Part shown: piece by piece, positions 48,462 to 62,771 of the stretch
How the letters are laid out: each line of letters starts with the position of its first letter
Numbering within the stretch: position 1 is the first letter of the stretch
From: the human T2T-CHM13v2.0 reference genome, Homo sapiens
NCBI RefSeq assembly: GCF_009914755.1
Contig: NC_060930.1
Reading direction: 5' to 3' (one strand)
DNA: 64,000 bases
Translations under genes and position numbers: made by a program
The notes under the pieces: model-generated
Told to the model about the DNA's origin: nothing
The model's database searches: none
Seen by the model: the letters and a program-made list of their open reading frames with translations, nothing else

Positions 48462-48705
48462 TCACCCCATCTGCTCACACAGGTTACCCATGGCTGCAAA
48501 GTGCCCTGCAGCGATTTGGGAGTCTGCAGGGTATGCCTGGCCTGTGCTTATGAGCAAATTCAGTCGGCAATAAGCGCGTCCATTTAGACTCATGCCCTGC
48601 TCTGCGCAGTCTCTGAAGGCATGTCCACTTGCAGCATTTAGTCTCCCTCTGGACAGTGCCCTAATGTGCTGGAGCCCTTGATGTGCCCAGCTGGGAAAGG
48701 GTCTG
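48462..48705 (-). pseudogene. Second LRR module remnants
   Basis: Open frame with GLQHIRALSRGRLNAASGHAFRD and SQIAAGHFAAMG, versus DLSCNKIQSIERHTFEP and TELSFGTFQAWHG. Confidence 0.5.
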
Positions 48706-49101
48706 TACACAAGGAAGCAGTTCCCCACTTGAAGGCATACAATGTTAGAGGGATTCCAAGGTAGGGCTGTCTTTGGTCTGAGCACCCTACAGAGTTCTTA
48801 GTGAATTCGCTCTTGTGATTTTTGCTTGTACCTTCTCTTCCATAGGCTGTAAGGAGGAGTTCAGTGGGGAGGCTGGGATGAGAACAGTTCTAAGGGGTGC
48901 CTGTGTGTGATGAAAGCGGTGGCTCTCCTTACCTGTATTTATTTTGCCTAAATATATGCATTAAGGCTTTAAATGAAAAACTACATTATTCTGTCCCATC
49001 CCACCCAACCCCAAATCTGAACCCCAGAGGTAACCACCATGAATCTAGCTGTTTCTTCTGGCCTTTATCGTTACATTTCTTTTTTTTAAATAATTTTTAA
49101 A

Positions 49102-49251
49102 ATTTTTTTTAAGACACAAGGTCTCACTCTGTTGCCTAGGCTGGTGTGCAGCGGCACAATCATAGCTTGAACTCCTGGGCTCGAGCAATCCTCCTGCCTG
49201 AGCCTCCTGAGTAGCTGGGACTATGGATATGCGCCAACCCGCCTGGCTAAT
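49102..49251 (-). mobile_element. Alu right-arm fragment (AluJ/FRAM)
   Basis: Partial Alu. Confidence 0.8.
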
Positions 49252-49764
49252 ATAGTCATATTTCTAACTAATATGTTTATACCACAAGGTTTTGGTTTGT
49301 TGGTTTGGACATCACCTGTTAATTTATTATCATAGTAAATGAAGACCTACTCTTGTATAAACATCCCCATTTCATAGTCCTCAGACTCCTCAAATAGTAA
49401 CACCACAAATTTTGATTAAATTAATAATCAGTGCTAGAATATTATGACTGCGGAAGTATTGCCAACTGCTGAGTCCAGTAATACACTACAGCCATGGCTC
49501 TTACCTTGTACATTTTTGGAGCTGATACTTTTCTCTTGTTTTCCTTTGCTTCATTTTTGTGTAACTATTGCCATTTTCCCACAAATGCCTCCAATGTTTC
49601 TGTCACAACATACATATTAATATTTGCCATGTATGCAAACAAATCAACTCTGCTGTTTCCCCTTAAAAATGTTTCTCCTAGAGCTCTTTGTTGTTTCCCC
49701 CTAATCCATGTGCATTGCTCTATATTTGAACCCCACATGCAGCTCTTTGGGGATAGATCCCTTG

Positions 49765-49767
<3 letters not shown>

Positions 49768-49817
<50 letters not shown>
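49768..49817 (+). repeat. (TG)25 microsatellite
   Basis: Pure TG run. Confidence 0.98.
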
Positions 49818-49818
<1 letters not shown>

Positions 49819-50155
49819 TTCCAATGTCTTCTTTTCATGGTTTGCTAGAATAGTTTACTCTTCAGCAGTCTCCTAAAAAGTTATATAAAGAAGGTAAATT
49901 TTCTGAGATCTGAACATCTGAAAATGTCTATTGTATACTCAAACTTTACTGATATGTTGAGTATAGAATTTCATTTGGAAAATCATTTTTCCTCAGAATT
50001 ATGAAGTCATTTTCTTTACTTTGCGTAATTGCTGTTGAGAAGTCTGATGCTATTCTGATTCATAATTTCCCGTGTGTGTGCTCTTTTTCCTCTCTGGAAG
50101 TTTAAAATATTTTTCTCTTTATTCTTGATATTTTCAAATTTCACAACAATGCCCT

Positions 50156-50780
50156 GCAGGGGAAGAAAGGTGTGATACCTGTTCGTCACCCATCCTAGGA
50201 GTTATGACCAACATTCCTATAACAAAAGATGGGTTAACAAGCAAAAAGCCTAACAAATTTATTTAATCAAAGTTTTATGTGACAGAGGAACTTTCAGAAA
50301 TGAAGACCGAAAGACCCAGGGAACACTGTTTTTATGCTTAGGTTCAATGAAGAATAGACAGCTGTGTAGAAATGGGATTGGACAAAAGTGTAAGATCTAA
50401 TGGTAACAGACTGAGCGGGGAAGCCCAGCAAAGCCTGTCTGCTCAGATGCTTCTTGGTTCTCTGGGTAGCATTCCTTCCTCCTGGGTATGGGGTGGAACC
50501 CCTCTGGAATGAGGGTCTTCAAGGGAGAAGAGGGAGGGAGAGTGAGCTTTCTAGGTTTTATGGCTTGCTTTGGGGGAGGGCAGGTCTAGTTTCTACAACC
50601 TGCCTTGAGGAAGAGGAATTGTGGCTTCTGTGATTTATTTCAGGGGAGAAAGGTGGCAGGAAGGCAGAAGGGCAGGAGGAGGGCAGATCGACCTTGTTTC
50701 TGAGACCTTCCCACCTCCTTCAGTTCAAAGTACTCAGTAGGCTGTGGTGCTGTACTTTGGGGTATGGAATGAGTTCCAAT
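50156..50780 (-). mobile_element. ERV1 LTR (MER39-like)
   Basis: ttatgcttaggttcaatgaagaat...ttcagttcaaagtactcag. Confidence 0.7.
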
Positions 50781-51112
50781 GGTGCCTTGGTATTGGTCTT
50801 TTAATTTTTATTATGATCAACCATTTTTAATTTACAGACTCGTGTTCTCTAGTTCTGGAAATTTTGTTATGAGAAAATTATGTCATTCATAATTTCCTCC
50901 CTACTGTTTTTTCTGTTCTGTTCTTCTAGAGCTCCTATTAGTCACATTTAGGGTCCTTGGATTGATTTTTTAAATTTTCTTAACTTTCTCTCCATTCGTC
51001 CATCTCTTTATCAGTTTGCTCTTTTTCCCCTATTGCTCAGTTTCCTATATTCTGTTTGCCTATTTTGGTCCCTCTCCTATTGGAGACCTTCCTCAAATGT
51101 CTGGTCACCTTA

Positions 51113-51422
<310 letters not shown>

Positions 51423-52700
51423 TTACCCTAGGCTGTCCATTCGATTTAGAGTGACACTTTCAAATGTGGGAGGGCTCAGTGTGTACTGGTTTGTATGTGT
51501 AGGAGGACAGGGGTTGTAGACTCTCGGGCCTTCCTGTGTAGATTCTGGTGGCCAGGAAGTCAGGCTTGATGCTGGAGACCTAATTATTCCCCCCACCAAT
51601 ACCTGAGGAGTTTTTTGTTCTTATTTGCTTTTGCTGTTGCCATTTTTTGGGTTTGTTATGTGTTTCCAGCTATTCAATTTCTCTAGAGAAGAGAAGGATC
51701 ATTGCATTTCTTGCCTGAGGAGTTAAGCCTGGAGGGTGGTTTACTGGAATCAGAATTGGGAAAAGAGACTGGGGAGTCCCACCCTTCACAAGTTAATCTC
51801 CCCATTTGTACTCATGTCTACCTTCCTCCTCCCACATAGAATGTGGTGACCACTGAGACTTGGGATCAATTTCCCCAGAAAAGAATCCTCTGGTTTGTGT
51901 GCAGAGGGTAGGTAGGGAGCAGTGTAGGGAAGGTATAGTTGGCTGGTTGCAAGGAGTGGGAGAATGATGGAAGATTCTAATCAGGTTGTGTGTGGGCTTG
52001 GGACCATGCATGGTTGTCTGCTCTGAGATGCCCTCCTGCCTCTTCTGATAACTTGTGCCACTATGTAATGGATTTGCTGTGGTTCTGTGCAGCAAGTGGT
52101 CTCATTTCTTTTTAGTATTCTCCCCCACTTTATTTATTTATTTTTTTTTAGCAACCTGGATGTGTCTCCTCCTTGCTGAATCAAAACCATACTTCCATTC
52201 CTTTGCCATTTTTCAAACGTTTGTTGAAATTTCTGCTCTGCTAATATCTCCCCAACAGGTCATTTCTCTTGTGGGCTAAAATCTTTTAAATTCCTTTCCT
52301 GTCAGTTGATGGAGTTTAGGACACAGTCATGTATGTGTCAATCTGGAGTGTTTAACCTGCTTTACTGCATGTTGAAGACCTTGCCTGACTCATGTTATGT
52401 GAGAGTCCAAGCTCCTGCTCATTTCCAAACCAGCTGTGTGACCTTGAGTAAGGCACTCAAATGCACTGGGCTTCAGTTTCTCATTTGTAAAGGCAGCAGT
52501 AAGAATCTGTATACAGTAAAGCAAGTGTCTGTCTTGCCAATCTCATGTTGCTATGTGGCTGAAATAAGATTGGACATGTGAGAATGCTCTGGAAGAAACA
52601 AAGGTGGGATGAAAATGGAAGGCATCATGAGTAAAGCTAAAAAACAGAATCTTTTTACAAATGGCAAAGAGCCCCCTTCTCCCTGATATCCTGGCTTCCT

Positions 52701-52910
52701 CTACGTTGGTGTGTGGAGCATATGGATGAGGGGGTTCAGCTCAAAACTTTCTACTTGTTTTGATCCAAATTCCTTTTCTTTCACATCAGTGCAGCTCATC
52801 TTAGTATGACTTTTGGGTTCATCCCCTCCATCACCCTTGGGCACTTCAAGGAAAGTATCATCTGTGTCTAGTGTTTTTTTTGGTCTCAGTTTGAGACCTC
52901 TCAAAATTTT
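52701..52910 (-). pseudogene. Pseudo-exon, post-LRR segment
   Basis: Open frame DTFLEV...EPK...FGSKQVESFELNPLIHML versus GAFMKV...EPE...FGSEQLDTNDESDFISTL. Confidence 0.6.
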
Positions 52911-53629
52911 TCTATTTAATTGCAGATTTATGTTCTAATGCTGCAAATCCCTGTCCTCCTACATTGTCTGTTGGGTTATATTACTTGTATAAATCCAGAA
53001 AAACAGCAGAGAGAAATAAAAATGAAATTTTAAGCACAGTCATAATTTTGTAGCATAAATTGTAACTTGCCGGAATCTGTGGCATTATTAGACTATACCC
53101 TCACAATAGATTATTGTAAGCATGAAATGGGTAATATGAGGAAGTGCTTTGTAAACCATAAAGTCTACATCAAATACGAGGAATTGCTGCCATCATTGTT
53201 CATCTCTCTGGGCCTCAGTTTACTCATCATGAAGTGAGTTGTTGAGAATTTCAGCTCTGCTATGGTGGCATAAGCTCTCTATGTCCCATCCCTCCCACTG
53301 ATTGCAACTAAATCTTCAGGATAAAATTAAACAACAACAACAACAACAGCAGCTACTCAAGGGCTCTGAAAAGCATTATATGTAGTTGAAGGAGGCAATC
53401 AACCACATAGTATATTGAGGAGGGACCCCAAATGCAGCCTACTGACCAAAATCTCCAGACTTTCTGTCCAATGCCTGAACACCTGACTCAGAGTTTAACT
53501 TTCATGTGAGAGTGTTAAATATAAGAAAACAAAATAGAAATACTCTCTGGTATGTTAATATCCTTGAATTCCCCTATTAATATTTCATCATGTGTTAGTT
53601 CAACAGAAGGGACTTGAATCCTGTGAACC

Positions 53630-53794
53630 AACCCAGATACGGGCTCCACTTTATCTGTTTTGTGGAACAAACACCAAATAGGATCCTGTTTTATGCATCT
53701 AGCTGGGAAATGCAACAAGATTTAAAAGTCTTAGAAGTAATATTCTTCAATCACAAGTTAGTGATGTAGCTCCATCAAAGTGAGCCATTTCCTG
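53630..53794 (-). pseudogene. Pseudo-exon, LRR C-terminal Cys cap
   Basis: tgtttttttattttcAG acceptor. KSCCISQLDA*NRILFGVCSTKQIK versus [21 protein letters not shown]. Confidence 0.6.
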
Positions 53795-54199
53795 CTGAAA
53801 ATAAAAAAACATTTTCTGTGGGTTTTTAAAGTAAAAATACCACTTTACACTCTTGATATTCCAGCCTAGGAAGTTAGAGGTTTTCTCTATAAAAAGAGAG
53901 AATGTAAAGAATCCTAGAGCTTCCATACTGCACATAAGAATTAAAATATTCCTTATGTCTAGCAATATTATTTTATGTTTTTATAAATGCAAATGGTTTT
54001 ATGCCTTCTCCACATTAAAACGATGACATCAATAAATGTTTTCAATCTTTATCTCATGTCAGAAAATGTTGAGGTGGGTTTTATTACTTATTATACTCAT
54101 TGAATAGAATTTTGTTTTTCTATTGGTGTTTAAAAAGCAATTAAGGGCTGCTCCAACTTTCAAAAGTCATTGTAATTCACCCTTCAATTAGCTGAAGAA

Positions 54200-54345
54200 G
54201 AAAAATTAAGTAATCATATCAGTTAGCATGGAAAAAGCATTTGACAAAATTCAACACCCATTCATGATTTTTTAAAAACACTCTCAGCAAATTAGTAATA
54301 GAGGGAAATTTCTTCAATTAAAGAACATGTACAAAAAAGCTACAG
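54200..54345 (+). mobile_element. L1 ORF2 fragment
   Basis: gaaaaagcatttgacaaaattcaacacccattcatg (EKAFDKIQHPFM). Confidence 0.85.
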
Positions 54346-56935
54346 CATGGGACAGTGTGGCTGGGTGGGCAGCACTGTTTTGCCAGGGGCATAATGAGCT
54401 GGCATCCTGGGGGTGAGGGGTGAGGTGAGGGGTAGAAAAACCACTGACCATTACTGGAGGAGACACTGAAAATGGAAAGCAGAACACTGAAATGGTGATT
54501 GTGTTTGGTCAAACTCACAACCGACTCACAATTTTGCCTGGAGCCAGCTGGACATAGCATTGTTGTGATATTGGTGTTGCCTTCTGGTCTAGACATAACT
54601 ATACCTAGACATGGAAAATTATGTCGATAAGCCCATGAAATAGAAGGGTCAGTCTCGTAGGTCTATCCAACTGGATTTCAGGATCGATTTGACCCAAGAA
54701 TTCTGCCCGTATTGTCCGTATTTATGTGTTAACTTAAAGACAGTGAAGATTACATATGCAATGTGTAAGACTGCTCCCAGCAGAGATTGATCTGACAGCG
54801 TTCAATTATGATATGTCTGATACAGTTAAGTTCTTTCTCCTCTATGGTTTCTCTTACAGACACTGTTGCATATTTTCCCTGAGTGTCTCTCTTGGTCTAT
54901 CTTTCCAAAATCTCATCCTCATTGGACAAGAGATATGATTTCAACTCAGAAGTTCTACTTATTAGGAACCACATCTTACATGAGAATAAACTTCAAACCT
55001 TATTTCTCTTCTTTGATGTGGTTCATATACTGACTCCAAAATACTGCTGTGTGATGACCAAGGGATGCTTCATAAAAATCAATTATAATATGTTTTACAG
55101 CAGGGTAGACTCCTTTAATATATCTTGTTTGTAGTATTGCTTCAAATACACAAGGAATGTTGACATTACTAGATTTTTAGGAGATCTGTCAAAATAGAAG
55201 CATTAAGACCATAGGTGGGGCAAAAATTTCCTTTTCTATTATAGAAATCAATTATGTTGCAAGAGGAAAGAATAAATGAGTTTTTCTTGCCTTCTTCAAA
55301 TCCAAGAAAACAGAGTCCCAACTCTATGTATTCCTTGGGAATTCTCGGCATGTCAAATTTCAAGGTTTTTGTTTTATTTGTGCTCCACCATCACTATCAA
55401 AATTTTGTCCTCAATATTCCTGAGTATGAGATCGGCTGCAATAAGTTGGAGCTGGGTTGTCTGGGTGCTCATGTTCTCAAAATGGCAAGCAATTTTGCTT
55501 TCTTCTTTGCTGTTATTTTACTTAAGGCAACCTTTAAAAATATATGTTTGTCTTACTTTAGGCATTAGGTACAGAGACCAGAAACTAAACTTACTACTAA
55601 AGGGCTTATGTAACGAGAAGGACTGTGGCTATCACTGATTTAAATCTGATACTCTCTCACAAACACACCAGATGTTTTATATACCAAATCATCCATTGGT
55701 GTTGAAATCTAGATCTTACTGACATCCAAATATTGCTATTGCAAGTGTTGAAATACTCCCAAGTTTAACATGTGTAAGGAAACCAAACCTTTTCTCCAGA
55801 TAAAACTTAGCAATCTAAAACTATCCAAAGAGGTATGATTTATTTTAGGGATTGCAAATGTGTGGTAAGGCATTAAAAAAACACCGCATGACATGAGGTG
55901 TTTAGGTTATACTTAACATGTTTACTTTTAGAGGTTCAAACATCATTAATCCGTGACAGGTGTGGGGTCTATGATTTGAAACAATTATATTTCAAGCTAT
56001 TCATATCACTTCTTAAGTGATGACTTCATTCTTCCCAGTTACCATATGTCCTAACCATGCAAATGAGAAGGAAAAGAACATCTGGTCGACCATTGTTGTC
56101 TCGCCTGTCATGCAGGACATGTGGTATTGCATGTGCCTCTCATCAGGCTCCTTCGGGACGTCAGCATAGTGGATGGTTTCATATTTTACACAGCTGGTGC
56201 TTTTAGGACATACCATCAATCTTAGCTCAGTAGCATCCTTACACCTTTGGGTTTTTATTGGGCTTTTGGTGATGAATTCCTTTTTTGGATTATGCAAACA
56301 TCTCTCCTGGAGCTTCAAGTGAGAGTAGCATATTTTTGTAACAGCATTCTGTACAATTTGACTTCAAATTATACAGAATGTATAGTTTTTGGGTAAAAAT
56401 GTGGCCTAGGAAGAGACACTTTCCTGGAAATTTTTCGTTAGGATAGCTACATCTCAGTGTTAATACTGACTTCATTTTAGCAGTGTTGGGAAGAATTCAC
56501 TAAGCTTTCTACATCTTTATTTATTGTAAAATAGCCACCAAATAATCATCCTGGCTTTGTGTTAATCATTGATGGAGGCTATAATACCCAAGCATGATAT
56601 TATTTATATGTAAATCACCCCCTTTTAGGCTCTGTGTTTTAGTGATAGTTTATTTTAAAATGCGTAATTTGAGAATTACAGCATAAATTTGGTAACATTT
56701 ATTTACTGCGATACCTCCCATTTGGCCAATTTGGTCTTATTTTTACTTGCCCAGGGGTCTGACAGCAAATCTGGGTGTCAAGAAATGGTTATATTTTCTT
56801 GGGTTCAGTGACCCATTCTTTGCTACTGCTAAATCCATCTTGTGAAGAAGTGTTTATTCAGGTGAAGGAAGCCTTAGTCCTAATCTAAGTAAAGCACCCA
56901 GGGCACCAGGACACAATCAATATCCCTGGACTTAC

Positions 56936-57040
56936 ATATTTTTTATTCTTCTTAGCTCAGGACAATTTTATTGTGCATTTTCTTCCAAGCCTGTGTGTTT
57001 CTTAAACAGTGCTCAAGTAAAATTGTTTTTACAATGTGAG
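56936..57040 (-). pseudogene. LRR-like pseudo-exon remnant
   Basis: RNTQAWKKMH versus GTFQAWHGMQ. GTAAGT donor at 56930-56935. Confidence 0.4.
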
Positions 57041-57914
57041 GAATAAGTACAGTGGGAAGTTTCATCTTAGATGCAGGTTCAAATACAGATATGGATGCAT
57101 ATAAGTAGGTGGAAACCAAAAAATTAAAAGTGAGCAACAATCCAGATTTTCAGAGCATGTAAATAATGGCTAATATACATACAGAATGCATTTTTTTCAT
57201 TATTTTTTTCCCCATTTGGTATTCACACGATGGAACAAAAAGAGTTCTTTTCTTCTTTTTTTTCCCCTTGCATAATCAATTCTTTAAGAAGCTGTGAGAG
57301 CTGAATTGTATTTTCTTTAGCCTCTGAATGCCAACTGGCACACTGGGGACAGTTTAATAATAAATAATAACAAATACTGGGTTTATTGACTCTTGAACCC
57401 TGGAATCAATCAATTAATCATGATATTATGGCAAGATCAGAGGGATAAAATTCTAAAACTGACTGCAAGATGCAAATAGATAAATCTCCCAGCAGGAATA
57501 ATTGCAAACCATTTTGATCAAATAAAAAATGATGATCAATTATGCTCTTTAGGGTCCAATAACTTAGGTTTATTTAAATGCTGTAAAGTACATCCCTCCA
57601 GGATCTAATGAGCTCCTAAATATCACTTGTTAGGATAAAACATCATAGTCCAATCATTCTAATGACTGAAGCCACAGATTCAGAGTGGTGAGTACCACTT
57701 TATCACAATTTCCCTTAAAATGTCCCTTTACAATGTACTATTTGGATGTTTCAATAAGTGTTACAATCAGGCCAGTTTCTCCTGTTTGCCTTGAAATTAA
57801 CTCTCCTTTTCCCAGCCCCCAACTATTGGTTAGGTACTAAAGTAAGAAATCTTATGTGGACATTTTGATCAATCTACAAAGAAGCAATGTAGTTGGTACT
57901 AAGAAAAAGAGTGA

Positions 57915-58377
57915 GTCACCAGACACAGAAAAAATCCCCATGTTAGAGCTTGCAATATACAGTAATAACACCGGTTATAATAACGTGCACAAAGATCTCC
58001 CACATGGCCACAGGGCTCCAGAAGAATAACTGCTGGAGATTATGCTGGCTGTAACGAATTTGTTTTCTGGGTTTACTTGTTTACTTTTTGAGGAGTGTAA
58101 CAGATGTGCAGTCAATACCCAGGGGAGACTTTCTCAAGTCCTGAGAGGCTGATGTTCAGAGAACTCTGCTGAATTTTGCCAGAGGATGTAGTCTTTCCAA
58201 TAGGCTGCTTAGAACGCAAGCAGCAACCATAGCAAGATAGTTTCTTTAGGATGATTGAGATGCTGCCTTCAGAAAACCTATTGTCCCTATGATTCTGGAA
58301 TTGCCTGATTGTAAATCAGGACATCTTCAAGGCCTCAGGAAGTTGGTATTCAGAGTTGAGATCTGGACACTGTTTTC
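57915..58377 (-). pseudogene. Degraded LRR-like pseudo-exon remnants
   Basis: Fragments QISTLNTNFLRP, IIL/RNYLAMVAACVLSSL and DLRKSPL are LRR-like but broken by stops and frameshifts. Confidence 0.35.
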
Positions 58378-58520
58378 TGAATACAAGTAAGGACTAGATT
58401 GAATTCATTCATTCATTCACAACTACTGAACAAATATTTGCTGAACACCTACTATGTGCTAGTTACTATAGACTTAAAAAGGAATAGAATCTGATCATTG
58501 CACTTAAGAATTCATAGAAC

Positions 58521-59009
58521 TGTTACCAAAACACCAGGGGTCTGGTCTAGGTCCTGCTGCTCACTGCACAGAAAATCAATCACTGAGACAATGAGTATTG
58601 CCAGGGAAGAAGGCTTTAATCAGGTGCTGTAGCAGAGGAGATGGAAAATGAGTCTCAAATCCATCTCCCTGACTGACTAAAATTAGGGGCTTATATAGCA
58701 GGGGAGAAATGTGTGGGAAAACAGGAATTAGGGAGGGGTAAAGAAGAGAATTTGGTCAACAGGAAGCAGGTGGTCAGTTAGGCAATCATGATTGGTGAGA
58801 AATATGGTGTCTCATTGTCCAGATACAGTGATCTAGTAAGTTTCAGCTCCTTGATACTATCTGGGAGTCCTGATGGTTGGCTTTCTGAGAAAGGAACTCA
58901 TAGAAGACAAATATAACTTTCTCAAATTTTAAGACTGGGAGGATCAATTTGTACGTTTATTCAAAGAAACCATAAACATCAGTTCTCTGGGACAATTGGG
59001 CTGGTTTCA
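58521..59009 (-). mobile_element. ERV1 MER4-group solo LTR
   Basis: TG...CA ends, ggtctaggtcctgctgctcac and ctcaaatccatctccc motifs. Confidence 0.75.
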
Positions 59010-59749
59010 GAAGCATTTCTTAGAGTTGAGTGATATTTTCACATCCATTACCTCCTTAATCAATTGACCATCCTGTGAAAGACGTATGGCATTTTAAGAT
59101 AAGCACAGTATGGTTCAGAGGGATGAAGTGGTTTGCCTAAGGTCCTTTAGTTAGCATCAGAACATGGACTTAACAGAGTCCTCCTCCTTCTCCATCTGGT
59201 GTTCTTTTTTCTAAATCATAGCATATATGGCCCCTCTGAGTTTCTTCTATAAATTAAGGCAGAGAGACTACAGTATTTTGTCAAATTCTTTTCTTTCTCT
59301 CTCTAAAAAAAATCTGTTTTTTAAACATAACTGGAGTTTGGATACAAATAATTATATAGGACTTTAATTTTAGTGATTCATCAACACCTTGGGACTTTGG
59401 TAAACCAGTTGGCAAAATGCCTTCCCAATCCCGGGACCCTCAATTCTGGTGGCAATTTTATCCTTCAGGGCTTGCTGGTGTTAGTCTTCTACAACCTGCC
59501 AAAACAGCCATTAGGAGGTGGGTCTCGTCCTAAAGACCCTTTGTCTCCTCCTTTTATAGTTTGTCCTTTCCAGTGTCTGCTTTCTAAAGGCCCTTGCACA
59601 GTGGTGCATTGATAGTGCTTGCTAGGAATCTCCTAGCCCTTCTCTTCCTGAGCCATCAGTATCACAGCTCTTGTCCTCGTGGGTTCCTCATAAATTGTCC
59701 CAAGATGCTGGGAGAACAGAATCTTCTGGAATGGACACCACCTAACCCC

Positions 59750-60205
59750 TTGGTAGGTGAATTATATCCCCTCAAAACTTCATACGTTGAAGCCCTAACC
59801 CCCAATACCTTGGAATATGACCTTATTTGGAAATAGAGTCATTACAATTATAACTAGATATGTTAGGATGAGGTCATACCACAGTAGGATGTGCCTTTAA
59901 TCCAATATGACTAGTGTCCTTATAAAAAGGAAAAATCTGGACTCACATACACACCCAGAGAGAATGCCATGTGAAGATGAAGGCAGAGCTTAGGGTGTGG
60001 CAGCAGAAGCCAATGAGACTGCCAGCAAATCCAGAAGCTAGGAGACAGGTGTGGAACCCGTCTTCCTTATAGCCTCAGAGTGAACCAACCCTATTGACAT
60101 CTTGATTTTGGGCATTCAGCTTCTAGAACTGTGAGACAATACGTTTCTGTTGTTTAAGCTACCCAGTCTGTGGTACCACAAAGGCAGCGCTAGCAAATGA
60201 ATACA
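59750..60205 (+). mobile_element. MaLR LTR (MLT1B-like)
   Basis: gaccttatttggaaatag, gatgaggtcatac, taatccaatatgac. Confidence 0.9.
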
Positions 60206-60669
60206 CCCCTGATACAATATGACTGGCTGGAAAGAAAGGCACCTCTTAAGCTCAGGATGACATCCCTCTTAATTCTCACTCTTAATAGAACGCACACTCA
60301 TTCCTTTCTACACGGCGCTGTGAGTCTTCAAGTGACTGAAGAGTTCTACTAGTTGTCTAAAACCTTATGTAAATGACCTGGATATTGGCCATCACTTCCT
60401 CTCATAAGTGTTCCTAAGGGCCAGCACATAGTGTTCACTGGGGCCTTTCTCTTATACTCTTTGACCCCACAGGCTTTTGGCTACTTGAGTTTCTAATGGT
60501 GATTGTGTAAGTCTCAGTGCCCTTCTCATTGTAGGTGAAAAAAAGACATGCTTTGATTTGCAAACGCTGCTACTAATTGAGATGCTACTTTCCTTCCTAC
60601 TGAAAAATACCAGTGAGTGTCCTTCATCTCCCTTCCAAATTGAGCCCATGCTCCTTCCCTCCATACCTG

Positions 60670-61760
60670 CTCATTCATTCATTCTTTCATTCATCCATCA
60701 ACCATTTATCAAAGACCAACTACATGTTGTCAACATAAAGAAGTAAACTATTGACCTGTCCCTGAAGAGCTCAAAGTCCAGTGGGAGAGACACTCAAACT
60801 CTAGTGGAAGAGTAAGATATGGAGGGAACTGTTGTATAACAAGCCCATGGTAGGGTATTTACCAGATGAGGCCAAAGCCAAAAGCGTGAGTGTTCTCAAG
60901 AGAAAGCTTTTGGAAGTCTTCATGGAGGAAGTGACTTTTGAAGAATGAGAGAGGATTGCTGGCATTTGGAGAAAAGGCAGGATGAAGGCTCAGGATGGGG
61001 AAGGGATCCTAGGTGGAGGTGACAAGTGGAAGGCTCCGTGTTTTTTAAAAACCTGGCTCTGTTTGGCTAGAGTGTACATAGAATGGACATTAGCATTTGG
61101 CAAGAGATAGGCCTCAAAAGCAAGGTTGGGAATTGAGAGTGGATGCTTTTCTATACTTTGAGAGGAGTTTGGCATACTAAGAAGCCACTGAAAGTATTTA
61201 TGTTTTGAAGTGATAGAGTTAGATTTGTTATTTAAAATGATTGCTCTGGTGGCAGGTGACATGATTTAGAGGGGACAGAGAGGACTAGAGGCCACAGATG
61301 AGTGGGGAGGCTGTATTTCTTGAATCAAAAATTAGAACAAGTTCAACAAGTACTAATGTGGTTACAGACACAACAGAACAGAGCATTTAGAATTGGGGTC
61401 ATTTAGAAACATTTACAGAAGCTCTAGCCCAGGGCTATGCAGGAAAGAGAGAATGACAGTGTAAACCAGGGCAGTGCCAATTAGAATGGAGAGAAAGGGA
61501 GGCACTTATGAATTTAAAAGGACAGAGTAGGTGACATATATAATAGGGGAGTGAAGAAGAAACAGATATTTTATCTGTCCATAAAGATAATGGCAGGTGA
61601 AGATACTAAGATAAGGAAAAAGACAGAGTAATACATTTCCCAAGAATGCTAAAGTGTTCAGTGTTGGAAATATTGAGTTTGATGTATTCATAAGAGTTGT
61701 CTGGGGAGAGATATTTAAAGGCAGATGAAAATATTGGCTAGGAGTTCAGAAGGGATATTT
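60670..61760 (-). mobile_element. L2
   Basis: cattcattcatt 3' end and downstream L2 motifs. Confidence 0.75.
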
Positions 61761-62400
61761 AAACATAATAATTATAGCAATAACAACAAAATATCAACAA
61801 TTTATTGAACTCTTATGACATGCCAAACACATGTTCATGCATTATTTCATTTAGTTCTTTCAACAATCCTGTGAAGTGTTCATTTTATAGATGGCAAAAC
61901 AAGCAGTCACACAGCCAGTAGGTGATTTGGGAGTCCAGTGGAGTCTGCCCAGCCTCAAAGCCTATGTTCTCACCCCCTCCCTTCTTTGCCACCACTGCAT
62001 GCATGTCTGTGAAGATGTCAGCTAGACAAGGCCATGCAGTGCCTGTACAAGGAAGAAATCTATAAATGTCTGCTAAATAACTGAATGAGGCTCTGGATAC
62101 CACCTAGGTTTGCTAGCCATAAAGAAAGGGTTGGACAGTTGACTCAAAGATAGCCACAAATAACGGACACCACTAATACAGGAAAAGGATACAACTTGGA
62201 ACACAGTCAGCTGCTACTACATGAAGTGGGAGACATAGCACCCTTCTCCCTACTGGAAGGACGAATTTCTCTGGCCCTCATGCCCCACAGAGGCCCCCAT
62301 TGAAGATGGTTCCACCTAACTGGGGTGAGGATTCCTTAGGGCATCAAGTCCTCTGAGGTTCCCATTGCAATTCTCATGACATGGTGTGTACTCTTTTGAC

Positions 62401-62478
62401 CGTGCCTCAACGGTCCAGAAGATGGGCCACAGCCTGCCCGCCTCCAGGAAAGCAATGGTTAATGACCCCTGCACTTTT
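62401..62478 (-). pseudogene. Pseudo-exon, first LRR (78 nt, phase 2-2)
   Basis: ctttcaatcttcccattctccAG acceptor, weak GT donor. KVQGSLTIAFLEAGRLWPIFWTVEA versus [24 protein letters not shown]. Confidence 0.65.
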
Positions 62479-62771
62479 CTGGAGAATGGGAAGATTGAAA
62501 GTTGGTTTTCCGGATCACTTTTCCTGGTGAGGGGGTAATCCTGGTGTAATCCCCCTAGAAGGCCCAAGATTTACACCTCCCTCACATCTAATACTATTAG
62601 GTATTACCCTGCCCATCTGGGCCAAAGGAATTAAACACACAATACCAAGTCCCTTGAAAAGGGCCTATTTATCAAGGATGCAATGGACAACAAAAAAGAA
62701 GAAAATACTGGCACTAATTTTTGCCATTCCTCCGATCTCCCACCTGTGACATGAAGGTGCCATGAACTCAC

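Noticed and set aside
54346-57200. Plus-strand processed pseudogene fused to the L1 fragment
   Set aside because: No recognisable parent protein, poly(A) tail or TSD.
54346-58380. Endogenous bornavirus or other Mononegavirales L gene (SQDLRKSPLG, DQMF, GHNQ look-alikes)
   Set aside because: The motifs are short, on inconsistent strands and not collinear. The LRRC37-like reading fits the flanks better.
59380-60540. Additional LRR exons (DKIATRIE, LRLTQSPLE)
   Set aside because: Position fits but similarity and splice signals are too weak to call.
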